NCBI GenBank assembly: GCA_034780895.1
Contig: JAUZTB010000084.1
Coordinates: 3,668,314 to 3,732,313, forward strand
Origin: Rhynchobatus australiae
Lineage: Eukaryota
Length of the DNA: 64,000 bases
Direction: 5' to 3'
Positions 12,588 through 25,899 of the stretch are shown one piece after another (position 1 is the first letter of the stretch; each line of letters begins with the position of its first letter). Made by a program: the position numbers and the translations under genes. The notes under the pieces are model-generated. The model ran no database searches. It worked only from the letters and a program-made list of their open reading frames with translations, and was not told the DNA's origin.

Positions 12588-12878
12588 TAGAGGCATCCCT
12601 GCGATATGGTGGTGGGGGAGAGGGGGGTGGTTGGTTGCATTCCTAGATATCAGCCCATATCGTGATTTTCCATAATCCACTTGAAGAAATGTGAATTGAA
12701 AAAAAAATGTGATTTATTTACTTTATTTTCCCACAAATTCCATCAGAGCAAGTTCTATTCTGTCATTTTTAAGTAGTAATTAATTTACTTTTAAAGTTAA
12801 TTTTTAAGTGGTAATTTGTGAATTCTGTAAGGGTGAATTTCCGTAACCGGAATGACCATAATGCAGGGGTTGCCTCTA
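12588..12878. mobile_element. Non-autonomous Tc1/mariner/Tigger-type DNA transposon (MITE)
   Basis: Imperfect terminal inverted repeats of about 20 bp: TA-gaggcatccctgcgatatgg ... ccataatgcaggggttgcctc-TA, with TA flanks and no ORF. Confidence 0.75.
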
Positions 12879-12929
12879 TTTAAATTAATCCTTGTAACTA
12901 AAATGGCAGCTTGGATGTTGCCAAATTTA

Positions 12930-13900
12930 ATTATGTGGATTGAATGTTATCACCTCCCTTCCCCATATTCTTATTCCTTCTATTCTTCACAAGGTCAGAG
13001 ATTGAATGGCATCTAGCAATGCACATTGCGGGTATAACTGATTCTCTCTTTAGGAATCTCTTGATGCTCACAGGAATAGGAATCACTGTAGATTTCCTCT
13101 TGTCTCTATCCAGAGATAGTGAGGTTAGTTTGATTGTCTTAGCCAGGATCATGACAAAATAGCTAATAATATAGGTCAGGGTTGAAATTTAGGGAATTTA
13201 TTACCTATATCAAATTTCACCCAGGGCCATTCAATCATTAGCAATGTATTTTTATATTTATTTTTAATCGATGATCAAGTATATGCATAAATATGTAAGA
13301 GAATTTTTTATCTTTATTCACCTTGAAGGACTAAAGCTACATACTTTAGCCAATATAACTTTCTGATAACTGTAATTATTTTTCAATTTATATCTTCTAT
13401 GAACAGGATAGTACTTTGTCGTGCCTTCAGTTACTGAGACACAGCACATGTGCATTAGTCACTCTCAAATCGTATTCTTCTCTTTTTCTCTATTATTTAC
13501 CACTCTATGCACCTTTAGCTTCTAAACCTAATCAGCACTATTTCCCTACCAAGCCTGTATTCTGCTGGTTCCCCAGAGACCGTCAGGCGTGAGCAGAGAT
13601 TCATCGAGGCATTCTTCTCCTGTATCAAAAGTGTTTGTCCCCAACTTTTTTTCCATGCCCTTATTGCCTTGAAATCTCAGATGGACTCCCTCCTATTTTA
13701 ATCCCAGAAAAGCAAACTCCAACATGGCCTCAAGTCTATAAAACAGAGATGAGGACTGGCTGTTAACTGTCAGATTCCCTTTGCTCGATGATTATAGAGG
13801 CCAGGAACAATATCAAATATTTTTACATCTCCACTAACTGTCTTATTTAGGAAATATCCTGCCAAATATCCCAACCAGAATTCTATAACAGTCAATTACT
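12930..13900 (-). mobile_element. Possible ancient L1/Tx1-like LINE remnant
   Basis: Weak minus-strand motifs IEW..KFDIGNKF and SLSLD resembling L1 RT; very decayed and motif order uncertain. Confidence 0.25.
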
Positions 13901-15841
13901 TGTCCTTCAGCTACTCCATTTCATCTCACATTTTATTCTTCTTCACTCCATCCTACTTCATTCTATCCTACTGTGTGAGTGGAGACAAAGTCACCAGACA
14001 TTTTAACCACTCTCTGGAACTCTTAAAATTGCCCAGTGACCTCTCCTTCTGCTTTCTATTTCATTGACCCTTTCTTCCATGTCTCTTGCCATTTCAATAT
14101 TAACTCTGCTGCTCACTATCGCTGAGACATAGCTTTATATGAAGAGCAGAAAATGTGGATGGTCGGTAATGATGGTCCATCATGAAAGTCATTTATAAGT
14201 ATAATAAATGAATGTCTTAAGTTAACACTGTGATCAAATTTTCAAATTATAAAGGGCCTTTTTTAGATGTTTAATGGGTAAATGAGCCAGTTAAAGAGTA
14301 CAGTACCTGCCTTGGTGGGTTAGCTAAGACTGGCTTTCCATTCCTATGGTAATGCCTCTGGTTTGTGGCTATCAGGTTAGAATAAAACCTAGTTGATTAC
14401 GATGTTTCATCACAATAGAAAGGCTTGTTGACACTTCCTTCTTACATGAAGAAAGGAAATTTAGACAGTGGAGGATTGCCAGGTTGAGACAGTGCCTCAG
14501 GGAAGGAAAATGGAGTAAAATTGAAAGAATTCTCATTATTTGTTTCAGGAGAGTGGAAAACCCTCTGGTGCAACTTATTAAGCCTCAGTATCTATTAGTC
14601 ATTCTCTCTGCTCCCTTGCAAATCCATCATAGTTCCCACAGAGTCATAATTTGGAATCTGACCTAATCTTCAATCTGTAAGAAAAGAATGTATTCTGGCC
14701 CAGTTTCTGATGAATTTTGTAATCCGATCTATTCAGATAACATGGATTGTAACTTGGGGCAGCATTTCCTTAAAACAGTACCAGAATTCTTAAAATTCCT
14801 TGCACAAGGCTGCAAACATTTACATCAATTGCTGTTCCATGAAAACAAAACCTTAGTGCTTAATTTATCCTTGTAAATACTCAGTATAGCTCCAGCACTG
14901 TAATTTAATATACCTTTTCCTGGCAACTTGGTTATATGCATTGACAGTTCAGCATAAAAAATAAGGACACTGTTGGTTTTTTATATACAGCCATTCATAA
15001 GTTACAAGTGCATGATTATTTTGGTATAAGTTTGAATGGGGGTTTTTAATAGAATTTTTATTCATTGTTTGACTGTGGGATTCATTCAAATACAGTATAT
15101 ATTCTTAGGTTCTTGGCCTCCTGCACATAGGCAAATACATCATCTGCTGATATCTTAAATCTAGAAACCATATTGCCTTATGTAAATTAGTTAGATTTTA
15201 TATGTAGAGTAATTTCATAAAGGAAAGCTGTAGGAATTCATTTTCCATGAGGTGGATTTTAAAACAGTGTACAAAATTTACAATTATAGGGACTGTAGGT
15301 TTAATATACAGATACAATAAAATGGATACCAGAAGAGCTTCTTAAAGCTTCTTTTACACTGGCATTCATTTGATTTAGATTTCAGGAGACTGACATCCAT
15401 GAGCAAGCTCTCTGCAGTTAATCTATTCCCCTGTCCCAGGTGCAGAATTACAGACCCATGAAGATCTCTTACAGCAACCTTTGAGAATTTAAACTAAATA
15501 ACATCACAATGTAAAAATAGTTTAACGAGACTACGCGGCAGCAGCTGACATAAGAAGTTTCTGGTTCCCAATATATTGGCTGATCACAGAATGCTGGTAA
15601 GGATTCCACAGTTGCTCTCAGATTGCACAGGATGTAGTCACAGTGCCCTCCCCCCCGGACTTCAATCTTGTGCCCCTGCTTGGAAGGGCATCCACATAGA
15701 AGGTTTAGCACAGGAAAGATCGAGTTTAGCTTATGTGTGCTNNNNNNNNNNNNNNNNNNNNNNNNNNNNNNNNNNNNNNNNNNNNNNNNNNNNNNNNNNN
15801 NNNNNNNNNNNNNNNNNNNNNNNNNNNNNNNNNNNNNNNNN

Positions 15842-16128
15842 TTTTGTCTTCAGTCAACGGTGGTTGTTGAAGAAGCCTTTGCTCACGTTTCACCTTACGG
15901 CTTGCTGAACTGAACTTTAAGAACCATTCCTGACTTGGAGTTTGTGAATTTGCCACACACACACTACGAGTTTATTTTTTGGGGTTAATGTTTAAGATTT
16001 AACATTTTTACTTCGAACATTCTAACATTTTTACTTTTATTTTACTTATTATCATGTAGTTATTAGTAAAGTAGTTTTTAACACTTGTACATGACTCGGT
16101 GTGTTTCTTTTGTTGCTGGTTCATAACA
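15842..16128 (+). mobile_element. Probable LTR 3' half; 5' part lost in the gap
   Basis: T-rich U5-like stretch with AGTAAA polyA-like signal, terminating in '...tcataaCA' next to a gap. Confidence 0.45.
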
Positions 16129-16764
16129 ATATACATAAGTTTCTATAAAATGAGATAACATTTGTTCAGATTTAACCAATAAATGATTATTTTACGATTT
16201 TAGTTTCACTTCAATATGCAGTCATTCATAATTGGTATAGTCCCTTACAAACTGCCCTTGTTAATTGTTGTAGACTGAATAAAGGTCTCACCCTTACATT
16301 ATTGTTACCTTGCTACCAGTTCTTAACTTCCTTTCTTTCCTTAACACATTAAAGAATATAGATGGGTACTGCTTCAAGCTTCTATCACTGGCCTCAATTC
16401 TGCTAGCAGAACTGATCAACACCAAAACTGTTGATTGGGAAAGGTGACTTAGTCCAGCAGTCTGAAGGAATTTAGAAACTTCAGTTACTGCACAGCCATT
16501 ACCTCAGGTGCTTCAGCTGCTTTTGGTAGCGCTTATTAACTATGCTCTCTGACATTATTGAGCTTTAAAACTCTTTTAAGTTGTTCCCGTTCAATGAAAA
16601 TCAGAAGAATCGCCTGCAGAAACAAATTGGTGTTAGATTTCAATGTAAATTCTTTCTAATGCGTTGAATTTCAAAGCAGAGTACCAGTGAAACTCTGTCT
16701 AGGTTTTTCACATGTGCTGACTGTAGCTGCCATTGTTCACATTCTCTCAATTATTATTATCCAT

Positions 16765-17226
16765 TCAATTCTGGTTGCATCCCTCCCAGTAGGAAGGATG
16801 TGGAGGCTTTGGAGAGGGTGCAGGTTTACCAGGATGCTGCCTGGATTAGAGGGCATGTGCTATAAGGTGAACAAACTTGGGTTGTTTTCCCTGGGTGGCG
16901 AAGGCTGACAGGTTTATAAGATTATGAGAGACATAGACAGACAGACAGAATTTTTTTCCCAGGGTCAAATTGTCTGATACTAGAGGGCATGCATTTACGG
17001 TGAGAGGGGTAATTTCAAAGGAGATGTGCTTGGAATGGGCTGCCAGGGTTGGCAAATATGATAGAGGCATTTAAGAGATACTTAAATAGACACATGAACA
17101 TGCAGAGAATGGACATTATGTAGGCAGAAGGGATTAGCTTAGTTAGGTGTTTATTTACCAGTTTAATTAGTTCGGCACAACATCATGGGCTGAAGGGCCT
17201 GTTCCTGTGCTGTACTGTTCTATGTA
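16765..17226 (+). mobile_element. CR1 3' end
   Basis: RFTRMLPGLEGMCY..KLGLFSL; tail 'gggctgaagggcctgttcctgtgctgtactgttctatgt'. Confidence 0.9.
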
Positions 17227-17454
17227 CTTACACCAGTGAGATTGGTTTCAAGTCATTACAACATGTAGAAGTGCATGTAATGACCATGGCAGGATGGTAG
17301 AGTAATACGTTTCTGACTACTGTTTTACCGTGCATTAGCACACATTTACGCAAACATGCATGTCGAGTTATAACTTTTTATTTCTTGCTTTCATTCCTGT
17401 TTTTACTGAATTTGTTTTACAATCAGCAAAAGCAAAAAAAAATTCATCATAAAT

Positions 17455-17595
17455 AAGATCAGAAAACTGCTATGAATACTCAGCACCATGTGTGGAGAGA
17501 GAAACAAAGGTAATGTTTCAGGATGATAAGATTATTAGCAAAAATTTTTGTCTTTTCTCCCAGATTTCCAGCATCTGCAGTATTTTGCTCTTTGC
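17455..17595. mobile_element. Penelope-pLTR-derived short palindromic repeat
   Basis: 'tactcagc...tgtggagagagaaac' and 'cagatttccagcatctgcagt' shared with 33958-34120 and 55480-55852. Confidence 0.6.
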
Positions 17596-18225
17596 ACCAA
17601 ATGTGACCAGAAAATATTCTTAAAATACTTTTTTTGCCAAGCTTTAATGCGAAGAGGATTGCTTAATGTATTCCTGAGTCATTTCTGCCACCAAGGTCTC
17701 AATTGCATTCTTGTCTTAGAATCCCANNNNNNNNNNNNNNNNNNNNNNNNNNNNNNNNNNNNNNNNNNNNNNNNNNNNNNNNNNNNNNNNNNNNNNNNNN
17801 NNNNNNNNNNNNNNNNNNNNNNNNNNCCCAACAATCCACTTTATTTCACCATCAATTCCCCACATTGGGAGAATGGATATTGGACAGTGCCAGAAGGTCC
17901 ACTTTTCTTTGGGGGGTTGGGGGCAGGGGGGAGGTATGAGGAGGGAGAGGTGGATGGTGGTACGGAGGGGGAGGAGGAGGAGAAGGGAAAGAGGGGCAGG
18001 GGTCAATGGTAACCATTTGTTCTTCCCTTTGAAACTTCATTGAAGTCATGGTCTTGCTAAAAAAATTTGGCAAAATTCCCAGTCCTTCTGTGGGCATTTC
18101 TGCCCTCTTTAATGATCCTCAATCTCTTTTGCTGAATTTGTCATTCTGTTGTGGAACTGCCACTGTTTTCCTCTCTGGCTATGGCTGACTCCTTCAGTGG
18201 GAAGGTGATTTGTCAGGAGGCTTAC

Positions 18226-18344
18226 CTCCACAGCTAATGATTATCCAGCTTTCCACTATGGAAAATCCAGCTCTTCCTTCCTGGGTTCACACCATGAGGA
18301 ATGACTACACAGATCAATTACTGAGCGACGTCTGTACATTTGAA
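18226..18344 (-). other. Candidate non-coding exon
   Basis: Minus donor GAG|GTAAGC at 18226/18225; first AG after a pyrimidine tract at 18345-18346. Confidence 0.25.
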
Positions 18345-20949
18345 CTGCGGCATGAATCAGTGGATTCCGGAGAGAAGGAAAAAATAACAAAATGGATGTT
18401 GATGACTGCTTGTATCTGATCTTACAAAGGCAAAAGATTCATTAATTATGTTGTCAAGGAAACAACAGCAGTGACTTCTTTATTTTCTTTTATAATTTGT
18501 ATATTATTTATTTATACCACCAGGATGCATGCATTGGGAAAATGCATAAAAAGAATATTTTTTGTACAAAGTATTGTTTCAGTGATTTATGACTAGCATT
18601 TGCCTCCATTACTTCATGTATTTATTTTTTGTTCCATTCTGTCATAATATCTGGCTTGATGCTATTTCATAACAGGATTTTGTTTTGATAAAATTATTCC
18701 TAGTAGTAGTGATTCTATTCAACAGCTTCCACACTGTCATAACATACGTCCTTTGTCTCTTTCAAATGGAGCAACAGCATGAACAGAACACCAGTTCATT
18801 GCTGTGACATAGTCTGACGTAGCATTCTGACTTCAATGAAGAAGTCATGAAACATCCTTCATTCTAGTACACACTGATAAAAAATGTTTGCAGGTCCATC
18901 TTTCACAAAAAACTTCCGCTAAAATATAGAATTCATAAGTGTACTATTCAGTTAGTATGTAACAGGTGGGATAATTTTTCATGTCTAATGAAGGATGATG
19001 TTCAGAAATTAAACAGTCACTTCCTTTTGGATAATGAATAAATCACTGTGAACATCCAACATTTTCTTCAGATTGTTTTATTTCAAATCCCTGGTACTTG
19101 CAGATTCTTTTTACACCACTCGGTATAATGCTTTCTGTTATGACCTGTTATATTCTAAATTTGTTGCAAAAGAACAAATAGCATCGTCCTCTTGTCTCAA
19201 AACATGCTTTTGTATAGATAGCAAAAAGACCATTATTAAAGTATATCCATTTCTTTATTCATGTGGTACTAACTGTTGATTATAATTAATATATTAGGTT
19301 TGATTACTGCTTCATAATTAGGTGAGATTGAAGGCAACAGTGAGAATTGCAAAACTTTATAGAGAAAGAAGCCATTCTGCTGGTTGTCTGCAGTAATTTC
19401 CATCTCCATGAATCAGCTGCTCTCCAGTATACAGTTTTAGGTAACTCGTTTAATTCCCTTTCACAAGACAATGGACTCTGCTCAAGTACTGCTCAAGAAG
19501 TGCTTGCGTCCAGACCACCCTCTAAGCAAGTATTTATTCCTCAACTTTCTCACTCCTAATGTATATATAAAAAAACCAGGTGACTAAGTTAGAGAATAAC
19601 GACACCATAACACTGTTGGTTCATTTGGCTTGCTTTTGATCTATAACATTCTTTCTCTACAATACAACACACTATAGTTCAAAACATTTTGTGACATAAA
19701 ATCAGAAGGTCAGGCAGCATCTGTGGAGAGAGAAATAGAGTTAACATTTCAGGTCGATGACCTTTCACATTTGCATTTTTTTTACTTTTTGTCATTTTAA
19801 TACATCCTGTGCTTGCAAAAGGCACCATATGAATACAAAGTCTTCTTCTAATTTGACTGTATTTATAGGAATTACTCTGTATTTCAATTACAACATACTT
19901 CTATGAAATATAAATTATCTTTGTACCAGAGCTGGAAATTTCCTTGTGTCTTCTCCCATATCACCAAGAGTTTGGCAGAAATCAAATGTGTGCATGAGCT
20001 CTCTGCTTTATTCTTATTATTTCTTCTGTGTTATTGTGATGAAGTGGGAGAAGGCCCGAAGAAATTTCACTGTTAGTATTCAACATTAATAAGAAAGTAA
20101 GGAATAAGCAAAAGCCATTTTGTTCATTTAACTCTAATGCCTTATAAATTATCTCATCTAAATTCCTGAGGGAAGGTTTTGCATAAATGCTTTCTAATCT
20201 TTAAAGATAATCTTGCAAATCTTTTGAATACTCATCCATCCCTGCATTCTCTCAGTTCCAGAACTGTATGCTTTAAGATGCTTAGAAACTGACTGGGAAT
20301 AGCTATTTTGTATATTATCTACCTTGCAGTGAATTGAAGTTATGGTCCAGTGACAAATAAATAGGCATAGATCAGTGCATTGCTATTGATGAGAGTTGAT
20401 TCAGTAAAAATATGCAGAATCTCTCTTTGCTAAACATCTTCAGCATCCAAGGCACTTTGAATGAGCAAAGAGATGCTTCAGATATGCACGCTCTGCCAAT
20501 AAGTCTTCTGTCTCCATAGCAACTCTGATTACAAGAATTAATATTTTTTACATTGTTAATTTTCTCATATACATCTTTTATTTATGCAAGTATATTTTTC
20601 ATTGTCATCTTGTGTAATTTTTTTACAAAGCGCATGTCCCATTTGTTACAATAGCAAGACTCTGTTCTCTCAATACTTTCCACTGTTGTAAACTGCAGGA
20701 TCATGCCTTGAGGAGATGCAGAAGTACCACCATGAAATCATATTTCAATCTTTAAAATAATGTGGCATTTCAGATAAATTGGATCTTTTAAAGGGGAAAT
20801 GTATAGGAAAGAGTGCTTTGTTAAACCGATCTCCATTTGTATTTTTAATGAAAACAATTGTAGGCAAGGAGAAAGAAGCTAGGTGAGTGGTCCTGATGTA
20901 AACGTTTAATCTAGTAAATAACAAAATTGATTTAGCCCCTTGATTGGCT

Positions 20950-21905
20950 AACAGTTTGCAGTTAGAGGACTCAGTTTCAGGAGGTTATGTATTCAAGCCC
21001 ATTATAGACATTTAAGGGTGCAATCTGGGCTGATTTTTCATTAGGGCACTGAGGACAAGCATCATTGTCCAAGACGCCTTTTTACAGGTGGTATGTTAAA
21101 CAGTACAGTGGGTGAGCTTGAAGAATGATATCATGCCAATAGGGAAGAAGAGAGCAGAAAATTGAAAGCTTTCTCATTAAAAAGAAAATGTACTAATAAG
21201 TTCAGCTCCAATGTGACAGCTTTCTGTGCTATTTCAGATACATCACATGACCTACGCTGATCAGCAAATCATTTTTTGAACAGTTCAAAAGCTATGATTT
21301 ATTTAAAATAGTCACATGTAATTTGGGGGCGGCATGGTAGCGTAGCGGTTAACGCAATGCTATTACAGCGCCAGCAATCGGGGTTCGATTCCCGTTGCTG
21401 TCTGTAAGGAGTTTGTTTGTACGTTCTCCTGTGTCTGCATGGGTTTCCTCCGGGTGCTGCAGTTTCCTCCCACATTCTGAAGACATATGGGTAGGTTAAA
21501 ATGGGCAGCACAGACTCATTGGGCCAGAAGGGCCTGTTCCCACATTGTAAATAAATAAATAAAATTAAATAATTCCTTTGATCATCATTTTAATTCAGGG
21601 TTGTTACCTCTTTATGCACATATTTGATTTCAACTATCCATTCAAATAATTCATAAAGATTCCTGCAACTTTTTAGAGGAGGAGCAGGGTTATCCTGTTG
21701 ATCTGGCTAATGATCCTTGCTCAATCAACACCATCAAAAACAGATTAATTGGTTACTCATCATATTTGCTGATTATGGCAACTTGCTGTGTTTCAGTTGG
21801 GTGACTATGTTTGCCTCAATAATGTCAGTGTGTGCACATCAAAAGAATATCATAGATTGTGAAACACTGGGATGTTTCAAGGATAGAAGGAAGTGTTTTG
21901 TAATC
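20950..21905 (+). mobile_element. Deu-domain (SacSINE1/AmnSINE-like) SINE, split into 20950-21160 and 21680-21905
   Basis: 'gaagagagcag' / 'ggagcagggttatcctg...ctggctaat...caacaccatcaaaaacagattaattgg...cttgctgtg' resembles the Deu-SINE core and tail. Confidence 0.55.
21325..21570 (+). mobile_element. V-domain SINE (HE1-like), young
   Basis: tRNA head with A box 'tggtagcgtagcgg' and B box 'ggttcgattccc'; V core 'gttctcctgtgtctgcatgggtttcctccgggtgct'; CR1-like tail 'gggccagaagggcctgtt' plus (aaat)n. Confidence 0.9.
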
Positions 21906-22194
21906 ATGTTCTTTACCTTTTTTAAAAAAAAATGAAATTGATTTCAGGACATGAAGGTTCATAGCTATATCCCTATAAGAGACATCACTGTCATATTCCA
22001 ATGTTAATTCTTGATGTAAAATTGTGGTTTGAATATATAGCAAATTATTCTATTAAAATAGTAAGGTTCACAATGAAGAAACATGTTTCATACACTTCCT
22101 TTTTGAGGGAACAGTTTGAGAGTCTCAAAGGCCTGGAGCTTTTTTTATTCAATTTTTGCGATGTGGGTCTGGCTGTCATTTATTGCCCATCCCC

Positions 22195-23691
22195 TAGAAG
22201 ATCAGAGTGGTTGTCTACGTGTGGAGCCTCAGGAGATGGAGGAGATCTTAAGCAGTTTTTTTGCATCAGTATTGCTCAGGAAACTGGCATAGTGGATAAG
22301 GAAGGGAAACAAGCAATAGTGTCATGGAACATATAGAGATTAAAGAGGGGGAGCTGCTTGCTGCCTTACAGCGAATAGAGGTAGATAAATCCCCCAGGCC
22401 TGATATTTCCTCGAACATTGAGAGAGACTTTGCAGAGTAGAAATTGCAGGGGCCCTGACAGATATATTTAAAATGTCCTTAGCCATAGGTGCAGTACCGG
22501 AGGACTGGTGGGTAGCTCATGTTGTTCTGTTGTTTAAAAAAGGATCTAAAAGTAAACCAGGCAATTACAGGCCTGTGAGCCTGACATCAGTCGGGGTGGC
22601 ACAGTAGCGTAGCGGTCAGCTTGACGCTATTACAGCGCCAGCGATGGGGGTCAATTCCATCACTGTCTGTAAAAAGTTTGTATGTTCTCCCGTGTCTGCG
22701 TGGGTTTCCTCCGGGTGCTCCGGTTTCCAAAGATGTATGGGTAGGTTAACATGGGTTTAAAATGGGTGGTGGGGACTTGTTGGGCTGGAAGGGCCTGTTA
22801 CCATGCTGTAAATAAAATTTAATTTAAATTTAAAATTTAAATCAGTAGTAGATAAATTATTGGAAGGTACTCTGAGAGATCGGATATACAAGTATTTGGA
22901 CAACCAAGGGCTGATTAAGGATAGTCAGCGTGGCTTTGTACGTGGTAGATTGTGTTTAACAAATCTTGTAGAGTTTTTCGAGGAGGTTACCAAGAAAGCA
23001 GATGAAGGGAAGGCTGTGGATGTTGTCTACATGGACTTTACTAAGGCCTTTGACGAGGTCCCACATGGGAGGTTAGTTCAGAAGGTTCAGGCACGAGGTA
23101 TCCATGGAAAGGTTGTAAACTGGATTCGAAATTGGCTGTGTGGGAGAAGACAGAGAGTGGTAGTGGATGATTGTTTCTCAGACTGGNNNNNNNNNNNNNN
23201 NNNNNNNNNNNNNNNNNNNNNNNNNNNNNNNNNNNNNNNNNNNNNNNNNNNNNNNNNNNNNNNNNNNNNNNNNNNNNNNNNNNNNNGACTTTATTCCTTG
23301 GAGCGCAGAAGAATGAGGGGAGATTTGAAAGAGGTTTACAAAATTATGAGGGGTACAGACAGACTTAATGCGAGTAGGCTCTTTCCACCTAGATTAGGAG
23401 AGATAAATATGAGAGGACATGGTTTTAGGGTGAAAGGGGAAAGGTTTAGGGGTAACATTAGGGGGAACTTCTTCACTCAAAGAGTGGTGGGAGTATGGAA
23501 CGGGTTGCCATCTGATGTAGTAAAGGAGGGCTCACTCTTGTTTTAAGAATAAATTGGATAGATTCATGGGCAGGAGAGTTCTGGAGGGTTAAGGACTGGG
23601 AGCAGGTAAATGGAACTAGCGGAATAACATTTCGGCACAGACTAGAAGGGCCGAATGGCCTGTTTTCTGTGCTGCAGTGTTCTATGGTTCT
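22195..23691 (+). mobile_element. CR1 LINE ORF2 (RT) with 3' tail, 5'-truncated
   Basis: KPGNYRPVSLTS|VVDKLLEG...SQRGFVRGRLCLTNLVEFFEEV...VYMDFTKAFDEVPHGRL; tail 'ttctatggttcta'; flanking direct repeat atcccc (22189-22194, 23692-23697). Confidence 0.95.
22592..22840 (+). mobile_element. V-domain SINE inserted in the CR1 RT
   Basis: Same family as 21325-21570; TSD atcagt at 22586-22591 and 22841-22846. Confidence 0.92.
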
Positions 23692-25457
23692 ATCCCCAAT
23701 TGCCCTTGAGTGGTGGTAAGCTGCCTTCTTGAGATACTACAGTACTTTTGCTGAAGGCACTCTCACAATGTTATTGAGTGTGGACTTCCAGTATTTGGAC
23801 TCTGCAATGAAGAAAAAATAGCAAAATATTTCTAAGGAGGGATGGTACATGACTTGGAATGCCATCATGTTCTCATAATTTGCTGCTCTTGTTTTTCTTG
23901 GTGGTACAGGTTGCAAGCTTGGGAGGTACTGTCTGAATAGCCTAGGCAAGTACCTACAGTGCATTTTATAGATGGCACAACTGTAGCCTTGATGGGATTG
24001 TGATGGAAGAAGTAAATGTTTAGGGCAGTGGATGGAGTGGCAGACATTCAGGCTGCTTTATTCTGAATGTTGTTGAGCTTCTCGAGTTTGTTCAAGCTGC
24101 ATTAAGGCAAATGAAGAGTGTTCAATCACATTCCTGATTTGGGATTATAGACGATAGAAGGGTTTTGGGGTGCCAGGAGCTGAGTCATTCACTGTGGGAC
24201 AGCATGCCTCTGACCTCTTATTGCAGCCATTGTATTTATGTGGCTGTCAAATTGGAGACCTCCATGATGTAAATGGTGGGTCTTGATGACGGTAATGCAA
24301 TTGAATGTTGCTGGTAGATTGTTAGACTGCCATTTATTGGAGATTGGCATAGCCTGCCAATTTAGTGGTGTGAATGTTACTTGCTTTTTATCAGCTCATG
24401 CCTGCATAATATGTAGGTCTCTCTGCATACAGGCATGAGCAACTTCGTTTCCTGAGGCATTGCGAATAGTATTGAACATTGTGCAATCATCAGTGAACGT
24501 CTGACCATATGATGGAGGGAAAGTCAATGATGAAGCAGCTGAGGATGGTTTGTCCTAGGACACTACCCTGAGGAACTCCTGCAATATTGTCCTGAGCTNN
24601 NNNNNNNNNNNNNNNNNNNNNNNNNNNNNNNNNNNNNNNNNNNNNNNNNNNNNNNNNNNNNNNNNNNNNNNNNNNNNNNNNNNNNNNNNNNNNNNNNNAA
24701 CTCCTGCAATATTGTCCTGAGCTGGGATGACTGACCTCCAACAACCACAACCATTTGTATTGATATGGCTGCAATCACTGGTGTGTTCTTCTGAATGGCC
24801 ATTGACCAGTTTTACCAGGATTTCTTGATGCCACACTCAGTCAAGTGCTGTGAATGGAACCATATTTAAGCTTGTTTCTGTTTATATCAATACACACTTC
24901 ATGGCAAGAATCACTGAATCCTGACTAACAGTTTCCCCTTCCGAGTGGCCTCAGTGTGCCCCCGTTGCTTCCCAGGTTAAGAGTGTATAACTTCATGGAC
25001 CAAAGAATAAAACAGTGCCTCTTTCTGCAGGTTCAATATGACATAAGTGATGCATGAGTTCACCAAGCAAATGGGGCCTCTAATCTACTTGTTCCAAGTT
25101 CCATGGAACCTCTTCTTCAATAGCCAATAATTCTTTTGTGCAGTAGTCTGTGCCTCCCAAATTTCCTCCTCAATCCCCTTCATTAGCTAAGGAAATATAG
25201 TAATTTTCTCAGGAGATTTGTTGATCGCAGGTCGTTTTAACTTAACAAATATCTCCTGTCGCTGATTTCAAAATGTCTGGTACTGATTAAACTACCAACA
25301 TTGAATTGCAAATTAGAATTATACTTTTTGTTACAAAAATTACTTGTAGATGTTATCACCAGATTCCCTACTACTTTAAATTTAGAGCTCAGACATCTAT
25401 ACTAAACACTGTTTTATTTTTACAATATNNNNNNNNNNNNNNNNNNNNNNNNNNNNN

Positions 25458-25600
25458 GATAGGCATATGGAGGAATGTGGGATAGAGGGATATGTGGGAG
25501 GAAAGGGTTAGATAGTATGAGGTGTGGTTTGATGAGCCGCACAAGACGGTGGGCCTAAGGGCCTGTATTGTGCTGTATTGTTCTATGGTTCTATTCTATG
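25458..25600 (+). mobile_element. CR1 3' tail, same subfamily as 975-1077
   Basis: 'aagggttagatagtatgaggtgtggtttgatg...gggcctgtattgtgctgtattgttctatggttct'. Confidence 0.85.
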
Positions 25601-25899
25601 GTAGTAACATAACAAAGTACAGTAATATTAATTTATTTTTCAGTTAAATTATCACATGCAATTGTTTATTGGGTGCAATTTTGTGAGGCACTGCTTTCAA
25701 GTCTCAGTAGATAGGTGCAGAAGGGTACATCTACATGGCTGAATCTGACATGCACAATTCCATTTTGCCAGCTGAATTATCATTACTGAACACATTTTAC
25801 TGGTTAGAATTAAAATAGTAGTTTCCATTTGCTCATTAAGAATTATTGTTTCAGTAGATCCATTGCAAATTACATGCCTGGTAAGATAGTGAATCTTTA

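Larger units (their letters stand above)
22140..24850 (-). mobile_element. CR1/L2-group LINE 3' half (22140-22194 and 23698-24850), interrupted by a CR1
   Basis: AGVPQGSVLGQTILSCFIIDFPSII RT motif near 24500-24590; tail 'atttattgcccatcccc|aattgcccttgag' split by the insertion. Confidence 0.75.

Noticed and set aside
21325-21400. tRNA-like A and B boxes
   Set aside because: This is a SINE head continuing into a V domain, not a tRNA gene.
22860-23546. 228-aa reverse transcriptase ORF as a functional gene
   Set aside because: It is a 5'-truncated CR1 copy, interrupted by a SINE and spanning a gap.
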